NCBI RefSeq assembly: GCF_000485595.1
Contig: NW_014577063.1
Coordinates: 480,632 to 512,778, forward strand
DNA from: Priapulus caudatus
Taxonomy: Eukaryota
Length of the DNA stretch: 32,147 bases
Direction of reading: 5' to 3'
Below are positions 24,501 to 32,147 of the stretch, in pieces (the first letter of the stretch is position 1; every line of letters starts with the position of its first letter). Made by a program: the position numbers and the translations under genes. The notes beneath the pieces are model-generated. The model saw only the letters and a list, made by a program, of their open reading frames with translations, did no database searches and was not told where the DNA came from.

Positions 24501-27500
24501 GCTATACCCGCTTTGATGTTTCTTAGCATAATCATTATATATCATAATTAAATAATAATATAATAATAATAGTACAAATCATAATATGTTCATAGCAGAA
24601 ATTTTGCATTAAACGATATTGTCAATTGAAATCTTGTAAAACGAACCAGCACGAGTTGTGACACCACAGATTCTGTTGTTATCTGCGGTGTCTATATAAT
24701 ATGCTATATAATTGCAAACCCTACCTAATTTGCATAATTTTTTTTTTAATATCAAAACCACTAGCCCTTATTCAGTTCACATACCAAAACATGAGCAAAA
24801 TCCGTTGAACCTGAACTGATTAATTGGCAATTCCATTTTTGCCAAAAAATTTCCGTGGCTCGAAAGTACGTCGACTGGGCGTGGCTCCAAAATAGGACGT
24901 TTAATATGGGGACATAGCAGTAACAACTATACCCAATTTCAAAACATGTGGGTCTTGAAAAACGGTTCCTGAGTTATCGTTGACCGTGAGCCAAATGTTC
25001 GACCGGACGAACGGACGGAACGACGTACGACGGACGACGACCCATGCAAATAGCTCGTCAGCTTGACGATGCAAGGTGAGCCTAAAAATCATGGGTCGGG
25101 GACAGCAATAGGGGTGTAACGTATACCGGTATATCGGATATTGGGCAATATCATTTTGAAAACTCGATATATACTGCGGAGATTACAACTTCCCGATATC
25201 GATATTTTACGATACGGTGGTATAACAAAGAAATAAAATTAATTGAATCGCCTTATGTCTATATCTGTTAATGGGCTGAAAATTATGAGCTGGCGTGTAT
25301 ACATTACACAAGCACAATGCGCCTGCAGCGACGCACTACAGTATTACGGCCCACCACTACCATGGAGCACTGCGCGGCAGAAGTGGGGCAGGGCCGTGTG
25401 CGCACAGGCGAGAGCACGGCACACTCAGGGAGATCTATAAATAAGTCCTATGCCTCACCGAGTGCCGCGCCGCCGCCGCGACTACCTGAAGCGGGCACAC
25501 TGTTTCTAGTTTCAGTTTTAGTTTCAGTATGCCAGTATGAGCCCAATTATGGCAGGCAGGGGTATTGTGTATTCCATGCTACTATTCCGGGTTTGTCTAA
25601 TTCAGGGAAGCGCGGTAACGGGAGATCTTGCCATATTTTTCAGGCGTGTTGTGTTATGAACCAATCAGATTGTAATCGGGTGTTCGTGCGTCTAGCTTCC
25701 AGCTGTGAAGTAAGATGGTGAAGGAGGAGGAAGGGAGAAAGAGAAGGTGGGTGAGAAGGAGGAGGGGAGATTAGCTGGTGGAGAAGGGAAGGGGAGAAAG
25801 GGAGAAGGTGGTGGAAAAAAAGGGAAAGGGGAGAAGCTGTGGAGAAGGAAAGAAGGGTGTGGAGGAGGGGAGAAGCTAGTGGATGAAGCTGGTGGAGAAG
25901 GGAGAAGGAAGAAAGGGAAAGGTGGTGAGAAGAAGGGAGGGAGGAAGCTGGTGGACGAAGGGAGGAGAGAAGCTGGCTGAGAGATGAAGAAGGGAAGGAA
26001 GGAAAGCTGGTGGAGAAGGTGGTGGAGAAGGAGAGATGTGCAGGAGAGAGGAGCCCGTCCACCGACCTCCTCGCGTTCTCCACGCAGCGTCTGCCCTCGC
26101 TCCTTCGCGCGGAGCGCAGCTTCTGGCGCCCCTCCTCCACCACCTTCTCCCTTCTCCCCCTCCTCCTTCTCCAGCCACTTCTCCCTCCTTCTCCGACGCG
26201 CGATTACATCTGAGTTGGTTTATGAACACAAAGCCATCGTGACAAAATAAGCAAATATCTCTGTACCGCCTGAATATGAGACAAACCGAGGTATTCAGTA
26301 CGAGCGGGTGACATGTTACGGCAACGAGGGTGCCTGTCAGGCGTGAATATCTATTGCCGTGCTTCTGTCGCGAAGAGAGAGAGACGAGAGAGAGATATCG
26401 TCATTTCTATATTATTTTTATACCTACTAATTATTTTTTTACTATATCATGCATGATATATCACTTCCCAATACGTGAGTGGAGAGAGAGAGTGCAATAC
26501 GGTGTCGTATTGCAATATATTGCAAATACGGTTTTTCGGTCGCAAATAGCTCACTCCCATACGAAAGATATATATATACTTACGGAAGTATGACGACCCA
26601 TGGCAATAGCTCAGCTTGACGATGTCAAGGTGAGCTAAAAATCATGGGTCGGGGACAGCAAACATAGAATTTTTTAAGGATGGCCTAAACTCCACTCCAT
26701 AACATTCATTAATATCCATGGTAACCATGGAACAACTTTTCAAATATGTCTATCATAATCATGCTACTTGAGCAGGGCCCTCCATAATATGACAGGATAT
26801 TTCAAATTCTATCTTGCTGCCGAGTGGCTGAAGGTCATTTTGTGTAAAAATTTCAACTCCGTAACATGCCACTCCATAACAATGACTGTTATGGAACAAT
26901 GACTGTTATGGAGTTGAGCTCTACTGTTACGGAGTTGTGATATGTGCTTAAAATGTCAAATATTTGTTTACAATATGATGTCAGGCCCTCTGCTCTTTAG
27001 GTCTTTTTTACTTTATATAGGACTACACAAAGTTGAAAACATATTTGTAGCTATAGTATCATTTCACTGGGAAATGGAATTTTAGTGATTTTGTTACGGA
27101 GTTGAAATTTGTCATTTTGTGTATGACCCTACTAAATATTTCAACTGTTGTTTACAATTATGATGTCAGGCCCTCTGCTCTTTAGGTCTTGTTCATTATT
27201 ACTTTAGATAGGATTACACATAAATATTAATTTTGTAACAGATTATTATTTCAGTGCAATGGAATTTTAATGATTCTGTTACGGAGTTGAAGTTTGTGTT
27301 GAAGTTGTAGACCATTAATAACTTTCCAATAGCTCTCCCCCCACCTCATTGAGACTGTGTACATTACGGCACTCTTGGATAGATTTTGTTTCAATTTCAG
27401 GCATCTCAAAATGCCTTTGACTAATAGTGAAAGGCAACGGCGCTTTAGAGATCGCATCAAGGCAGACCCTGCTAAGAGAGCAAACTTCAGGGGTTTTTCC

Positions 27501-30500
27501 AGAAATTTCAACTCCGTAACAACATTTCAACTTCGTAACATCATTTTGTCGAATTCTAAAAATAAATCTACCAAATAAATAAAAATGATTTCCTCCAAAA
27601 AACCAACCTGAATACTATAATAGTCAAGTGTCTGGTCAGTTTTAAATTGTTTTATTTTTGTATGGATCATCATGGAAAATCCTTTCTTTGGAAATCGTTA
27701 CGGAGTTGAAAGGGCCTAGAGACACCCAGAGATTAAATTCCCTCACCATTAAAAAAATTGGACGAATTAAGCGATGCTCAATTCCTGGTTGTACTCCTAA
27801 GTGCCTAGTCTACCTGTGATAAAAATGTAGAGGTGTTGCTTGCATGTTTTTTTCCTTAAAAATCAATTCCCCAACTTGTGCCCTTATTGAGAAAATTACC
27901 CATAAACCTTAAATGATAGAGTAAAATGTCAAAGAATGTGGCTCTAAACCAGAATGACTTATTTCTATACCCACAACACAGTCATCTATTTTGGTTGTCA
28001 GCAACAAGTTCAGGCCATTGCTACCATAACAACTATATTCTATGCTACAGTGTACTAAAACATTCAAACTTACAAGTTGGGTGAGACATACATGTTGCCT
28101 AAAATCAACTGTAAAAAATATTACAGCATTTCAGACAAATTCCTAAAACTACAAATTTTTCATATAAGTTGACAAATGCAGAGCTATTTTTCTGATAATT
28201 TTTCCCCTTTTTCTTCATTAAGAAGTTCTACTCAAGTTTCCTAGTTTTCCAGAATTTAAAAGATCTATTTTCCAAGGCTATGATATCTTAGCCAAATGAA
28301 ATCTTTCCGCCTCACATCGTCTAATGACTGATTAGTGAACCTTTTGTATGAAGCAAATTTTATTACCTCGAATAAAACAGACATGTCCTCCATTTTATGG
28401 ATATTCTCAGGTCAAGATTTGTCTTAACACATTTTTCAGGACCTTCCAGGACTTTCCCGTCCCATAACGCATTTTTCGGGGCTTAGCAGATGAGGAAATA
28501 TTAAAAAGGCCAATTCTAGGACTTCCAGGAAGGTTTTCTATGTGTACGAACCCTGCGTGCCATCACATTTGCAGTCAGGTACAGAACTATGCTAGACCAA
28601 GTGCCTGTCGCTCGCTACTGCAAGGGAATGATTAACAGTATGCACTCTTGCAACTAAAATGATGAATATTTACCAAGCCAATGAGCTTTTAACTCTGTCT
28701 GATGTGACATGTCATTGACCTAATGACAAATGAACGAGCAGGTGGCATATAAAATTATAATTATGTTTACTACTGACTCCAAACAGATAGTAAACTATTC
28801 AAGAACTCTTAGCTAGTTTGATAATAGTAAATTTTCAACTGGGGAAAATAAATGGTCCAGTCCCAAAAAATAGTGATTTGCTTTGTGTATGTTAGTTGTT
28901 GACACCAATATTACTGACTTATCCATGGGGTCAGTTTACTCATGATGTTTTAACAATATGCAAATAGCAGTTGACGCTACTTAAATCATGATTTCCCGAT
29001 AATGGACATTTTCCAACCATTTTAAAGAAATAAACTCTGGTTTAAAGGCTAACTCAGGTCGCCCTTACGACCTAGTCGCCAACAAAATTTGAAGATCGTA
29101 CGTCAAAAACCGGCCAGACCATGAGTTCTCTTGCGATCAAAAATACGGTCGCCGACTGCAATCGCAGGAATAGAAACGGTTCCATTTCTATGCGGTGGTC
29201 GGCGACAAATCGTGAGTGGCAGCCAATCACCGCTATGTGTCGAGTCACATGATTATCAAAAGTCACGTGATTAACAAAATGGAGCCTACACAGCAGTTTA
29301 CAAGGAGGGATTATTGCACAAACCCTTTCTCAAATATATATAGTTTTCCGTATATCACAGGGAATTTTTAAAATTCTTTTTCTGCACCTGTGATTATAAC
29401 GATTTTCAGAAAATTGAGGATAGATTTACGAAGTTACTTGTTTNNNNNNNNNNCGTTTTATGTAGACTGGTCCCGGCGTCAAGCTTGCTCTGTTTGTGCT
29501 AAAGAACTGCTTGTGCTACTGTACTGGGGCCGCAAACCTGTCTACGTTTCCTGCAGAACGCTACGATCTGATCGGCGATGTACAGCGTGAAGGCACTTCA
29601 AGTCGATGGGAGTGTTGCTGCGCTGCTAATCGACAAGAAAGTAGTCGCCGATAGTCAAATCGTAGAGCGACCTGAGCAGGGCTTAAGAGGCAGCAAAATT
29701 AATAATAAAGTTCCTAATTGAAATTTGAATGGCTGCTCTGAATATAGGCCTACCTTATCCAACTGCGACTCATGCAGCTTGCTTCTACTGAGGTTTAGAC
29801 TATAATTAAGCTATTGGTTCACAATGGTTGTTCACAATGTCAATGCCTAGTGTAGTGGCAAATGAAACTATCACCCAATAATGTTGTATACCATTTTTAT
29901 CCTGGCATTGTAGTATTTGTACCACTGCGCGTGTTGGTCCGTGAAACCTTTGGCCTTTTTCAAATTATAATACAATTATCCAAGTGGTATTATTATTAAT
30001 ATTTAGATCAGCCATTTTTTTTAAATTTAAGTATAACACTAACACTATCAACAGACTGGAGGCTGGACGGCTGGAGAGGGGACAACCACGAGCGGCTCAA
30101 TGATAGAGCGTGAGGGGGTTCATCCTATATCCTATCACCGTCCTGATCATCATCTCTATCCTTGAACCGAGGTAGCTCTAGTACTATAGCCCGCGTACAG
30201 TTGCCGCTGACCGCCGGTGGCCGCCCATGGTGGCCGGTGACCGCTGGCCCCCAGTGGCAACTGTACGCGAGCTATAGTACTAGAGCTAAAACCGAGAGGA
30301 CAACCACGGGTCATTGAAACCAGCGTTAGATTATGTGCAGAAAATTCTGGTGATTCGAAACACTAATATTTAGAGAATTAGAGGCGGCACTAATCTCCTT
30401 TTTCTCTAGATAATCCCCGCACTTCGATTAATCGAGTGCCTTGTGAAATACAAGAGAGGGAGCCAAGATACAACGGCCCAAGGATAGAGAACATGGGTCC

Positions 30501-31306
30501 CAATAAAACCAATGTGCCTAACCTAACGCCATAACCCTAATTCTACCTAACCCTAATAGAACCCTACGGCCTTAACCATACCCTAACCTATTATATTGAT
30601 ATAATATTATATTTATGTTGATGTAAATGACATTGGTTTTATTGGGACCCATGTTCTCTATCCTTGAACCGATACAACTGCAACTTCCAAGATCTATACA
30701 AAATTACAAGATACAACAGACGAAATAAATTGTAAAAATGCTAACACGCCCTGCACGACGCACATATAAACACCAGCTGCACACGCGATGTATAAATAGT
30801 ACTAGAGTCTAGTACTAGTACTAGTAACAATAAAGCTATGCCAAAGCAATTATTCATTCATGACTATTGACAATACTAGTGACTCATTGGGCTCATTCAT
30901 TGTATCAACGATCCACCCCCAAAAACTGTGTAGCGAACAAAGGACGAAGGCTGTATATCAACGAAGTACACGGCATAGCTCTCTGTAGTAATAAAATTTC
31001 TACACTTGAGTCGTAACGATAAAATTTACAATCTAAAGTATAACATGTTACGCTTGGTTTACCTACCTCAAACAACTGCCGGGTTGCAACAACCCTCAAA
31101 ATCGTCCACATTATACTCAAAAGTACGATGACGACTACATCACAGTTGCCATAATGTGCATGAGCTTTGAGATCTTCAAACCATCGAACTACCCAGTTTC
31201 CGCTGCAATTCACATTCGTGAAGTATCCACTAAAAGCGTCGTAAGTTACAGAGAAGAACTCAATATATCCAGGCATATAACCAACAGGGTGTTTCTCGCC
31301 CGCCAT
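11418..31306 (-). CDS. CERS1: Ceramide synthase 1-like gene (sphingosine N-acyltransferase, TLC/Lag1p domain, no homeodomain); whole multi-exon CDS span
   Basis: Spliced translation reads [14 protein letters not shown]...[38 protein letters not shown]...[62 protein letters not shown]|[exon not seen]|[14 protein letters not shown]...[38 protein letters not shown]...NG|VLRE...AAAE*. The motifs [12 protein letters not shown], RKDSxxMxx[14 protein letters not shown] and DTREYD are characteristic of CERS1. All visible junctions are GT-AG with matching phases. Confidence 0.93.
12336..12457 (-). CDS. CERS1: CERS1 coding exon 6 (122 nt)
   Basis: Not in the ORF track; translated by hand. Acceptor ttttctttacag|TTC. 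Encodes [40 protein letters not shown]. Donor GG|GTGAGT, phase 2. Confidence 0.9.
12556..12790 (-). mobile_element. Probable LINE (L2/CR1-group) 3' end with (ACT)n tail
   Basis: Minus strand: CAGGGCCTACATGGAAACCAG...TGTAGCCACCCTG stem-loop, then GATAAAA and (CTA)n. The upstream boundary is approximate. Confidence 0.5.
12972..13040. repeat. (GA)n-rich tract
   Basis: Directly visible. Confidence 0.85.
14240..16053. mobile_element. Helentron/DINE-1-like repeat, partly tandem-duplicated (intron 5)
   Basis: 14520-15580 aligns along its length with 22982-24018. 14240-14355 repeats about 15010-15125, and 15590-16053 repeats the last ~450 bp. Units end in a GACG/GCAC microsatellite plus the hairpin AGCTGCATCTGACTTCGTCAGATGAGCT-AAAA. 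Confidence 0.75.
16297..16638. mobile_element. Helentron-associated (HINE-like) element, AACTAGA...GGAGGTAATAA type
   Basis: Starts AAACTAGAGCACTC...ACCTCCGC and ends ACCTCCGCC...GGAGGTAATAA; same termini as 21271-21648. Internal 16490-16550 is the reverse complement of about 3858-3920. Confidence 0.65.
16677..16827 (-). CDS. CERS1: CERS1 coding exon 5 (151 nt; numbering assumes one unseen exon)
   Basis: Acceptor ttcattcacag|G TTT (phase 2). Encodes [50 protein letters not shown]. Donor CAG|GTACAG, phase 0. Confidence 0.93.
16963..17261. mobile_element. hAT-like MITE with 14-bp TIR and 6-bp TSD
   Basis: CAGGGTTCTGCCCA ... TGGGCAGAACCCTG, with ATAGCC on both sides (16957-16962, 17262-17267) and four GCCCGGCACT subterminal repeats. 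Confidence 0.85.
17870..18068. repeat. Compound (GCGT)/(GT) microsatellite
   Basis: Directly visible; produces the ACVR/HART repeat ORFs. Confidence 0.9.
18158..18167. other. Assembly gap (10 N), probable location of CERS1 exon 4
   Basis: N run between exon 3 and exon 5; no LHDxxD-encoding exon found in the flanks. Confidence 0.8.
18915..19176. mobile_element. PIF/Harbinger-like MITE (262 bp), 3-bp TSD
   Basis: GGCCATCCTTAAAAAATTCTATGTTTGCTGTCC ... GGACAGCAAACGTATAATTTTTTAAGGATGGCC, flanked by AAA/AAA. Another end of the same family is at 26641-26685. Confidence 0.85.
19189..19369 (-). CDS. CERS1: CERS1 coding exon 3 (181 nt), first half of the Lag1p motif
   Basis: Acceptor tgtttcag|GT TGG. 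Encodes [60 protein letters not shown]. Donor AG|GTGTGT, phase 2. Confidence 0.93.
20262..20331. mobile_element. 70-bp hairpin mini-MITE
   Basis: 18-bp perfect inverted repeat CAGGAGTGAATAATAATA; flanks GTGATAT / GTAATAT form a near 7-bp TSD. Confidence 0.6.
20385..20547 (-). CDS. CERS1: CERS1 coding exon 2 (163 nt)
   Basis: Acceptor ctttgcag|CCC. Encodes [54 protein letters not shown]. Donor G|GTGCGT, phase 1. Confidence 0.92.
21271..21648. mobile_element. Helentron-associated (HINE-like) element containing a minisatellite and (CA)n
   Basis: 5' AACTAGA...GCACTCACGGAGAGTGCATACCTCCGC, then four 29-bp repeats, (GCAC)/(CA)n, and the 3' hairpin ATTACCTCC...GGAGGTAAT-AA. Confidence 0.7.
21353..21468. 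repeat. 29-bp tandem repeat x4 (GCTGCTGCTGACTGGACGCCCTAAGGCGA)
   Basis: Units start at 21353, 21382, 21411 and 21440, with no spacers. Confidence 0.92.
22982..24018. mobile_element. Helentron/DINE-1-like repeat (intron 1 copy of the 14520-15580 family)
   Basis: Co-linear with 14520-15580 in the same orientation. Contains TGACCTTTGACC motifs and a GACGCAC microsatellite; ends AGCTGCATCTGACTACGTCAGATGAGCTAAAAA. Confidence 0.75.
24640..25088. mobile_element. Helentron/DINE-1-like element (left boundary approximate)
   Basis: (GACG)n microsatellite followed by the hairpin AGCTC..CTTGACGATGCAAGGTGAGC-TAAAAA; the same terminus recurs at 26592-26641. Confidence 0.55.
25109..25220. mobile_element. 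hAT-like MITE end (TAGGGGTGTAACG...CGATAT motifs)
   Basis: TAGGG terminus followed by repeated CGATAT/CGATAC subterminal motifs. Related CAATAC/CAATAT motifs occur near 26495-26535, but no intact second TIR was found. Confidence 0.4.
25715..26190. repeat. Purine-rich low-complexity repeat (GGTGGAGAAGG-type) with an inverted pyrimidine-rich copy
   Basis: GA-rich degenerate units at 25715-26050 and a CT-rich complementary block at 26130-26190. Confidence 0.8.
26689..27727. mobile_element. Decayed DNA transposon with GTTACGGAGTTGA subterminal repeats and a short ORF remnant
   Basis: Repeated GTTAYGGAGTTG / CAACTCCGTAAC motifs in both orientations, an internal ~185-bp duplication (near 26970 and 27154), and the ORF piece [20 protein letters not shown] after a tttcag acceptor. 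Confidence 0.55.
29046..29683. mobile_element. Harbinger-like element spanning the second N gap
   Basis: Imperfect TIRs AGGCTAACTCAGGTCGCCCTTACGA / TCGTAGAGCGACCTGAGCAGGGCT with TAA on both sides and internal GTCGCC motifs. True length unknown because of the gap at 29444-29453. Confidence 0.6.
30093..30169. mobile_element. Short MITE sharing TIRs with 30474-30671
   Basis: CGGCTCAATGATAGAG ... CTCTATCCTTGAACCG. Confidence 0.6.
30173..30288. mobile_element. 116-bp hairpin MITE
   Basis: 33-bp near-perfect inverted repeat TAGCTCTAGTACTATAGCYCGCGTACAGTTGCC with a GC-rich loop; AACCGAG occurs one base outside each end. Confidence 0.75.
30474..30671. mobile_element. MITE with ~42-bp TIRs, 6-bp TSD and degenerate telomere-like core
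   Basis: CGGCCCAAGGATAGAGAACATGGGTCCCAATAAAACCAATGT and its reverse complement, ATACAA on both sides (30468-30473, 30672-30677), and CCTAAC/TAACCCTAA motifs inside. Confidence 0.85.
31067..31306 (-). CDS. CERS1: CERS1 coding exon 1 (240 nt, 80 aa)
   Basis: ATG in CAACATGG context at 31306. Encodes the MPGY motif and a hydrophobic segment [19 protein letters not shown]. Donor GAG|GTAGGT, phase 0. Confidence 0.85.
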
Positions 31307-31657
31307 GTTGAATACTGCGTTGAGAGATAACGGTACTTGTCCATGCACATGTAGTGCTGCTCATAATATGATCTCGCGTGGGGTGATCGCCCGTAATCGA
31401 TAACTCCGCGGTAGATGGTCACAGACGTCGCAATCTCTAAGGCCAGCGCTGTATGTTATATCTTCGTGGGCGACGTCAGTGTCTTTCTTCGTTCCAGAAT
31501 GCAGAGCCAAGAATGCTTGCACGATCACTCACTAGCGCTAGCGCACAGCGCAGTGAGCGACGGACGTACTCGCAGCTCACCCTGTCGCGTTATTTCTCTA
31601 TTAATTTTTCACCACTACTAGTACTGGTTAACTTAATCACTCACCACTACTTACACT

Positions 31658-32147
31658 GGTACTGTGTTCGTGTTTGCATGGTTACAACCACCAGAGAGAA
31701 TATAGATATATAAGTTATAAGATAATTATTGCATATTATGATAATGTTGATATATATATATATGTATGATGATTGATGAATGTTTTTGTGGTGTTCGTCA
31801 TATATAATTTTTATTCGTACATGTTCGTATCGTGTAGATTAGATACAATAATGTAACCTAAACCAGAGCAGATTGATTTTATGATGATGATTTTATGATG
31901 ATGTTGATTTATATGCTCTGCCTGAACCCAGGATCCCTATCCTGGGTTTGGGTTACATTATTGTATCTAATCTACATGGTACGAACATGTACGAATAAAA
32001 ATTATATATAACGAACACCACAAAAACATTCATCATCATACATATATATATATATCAACATTATCATAATATGCAATAATTATCTTATAACTTATATATC
32101 TATATTCTCTCTGGTGGTTGTAACCATGCAAACACGAACACAGTACC
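31658..32147. mobile_element. Large fold-back inverted repeat (arms of 200 bp or more) upstream of CERS1, cut by the window end
   Basis: 31658-31864 is the near-perfect reverse complement of about 31946-32147, with a spacer of about 80 nt. Confidence 0.9.

Noticed and set aside
25640..26250. ORFs up to 167 aa rich in Ser/Pro/Leu or Gly/Glu/Arg
   Set aside because: Low-complexity GA/CT repeat open in many frames; no recognisable domain.
22606..28555. One 6-kb hAT element bounded by CATGGTTCATACA and TGTACGAACCCTG
   Set aside because: The ends look like the same MITE type (TTCAAGGAC/TTCCAGGAC subterminal motifs), but the TIRs are imperfect and the flanks share no TSD, so they may be separate fragments.
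31307..31348. N-terminal extension MHGQVPLSLNAVFN in the ORF track
   Set aside because: It begins at a GTG; the ATG at 31306 has a good eukaryotic context and precedes the conserved MPGY motif.

Overview
This is AT-rich animal genomic DNA, probably from a non-vertebrate bilaterian, with two 10-N assembly gaps (18158-18167, 29444-29453). The one well-supported gene is a minus-strand ceramide synthase of the CERS1/LASS1 type (TLC/Lag1p domain, no homeodomain), CDS span 31306->11418. Six coding exons can be read directly with GT-AG sites and compatible phases: 31067-31306, 20385-20547, 19189-19369, 16677-16827, 12336-12457 and 11418-11577. The exon carrying the 'HD..D' half of the Lag1p motif is not visible and most likely lies in the first N gap. 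Introns and flanks are packed with non-autonomous transposons: PIF/Harbinger-, pogo-, MULE- and hAT-like MITEs, Helitron/Helentron-type elements, LINE 3' tails, fold-backs and microsatellites. Unlike vertebrate CERS1, no GDF1/TGF-beta ORF is visible downstream. I found no convincing new biological system. The best leads are a promoter-like antisense first exon in intron 5, a decayed spliced gene before a Helitron-like end, a large palindrome in the CERS1 upstream region, and several MITEs with unusual target-site duplications (TSDs).
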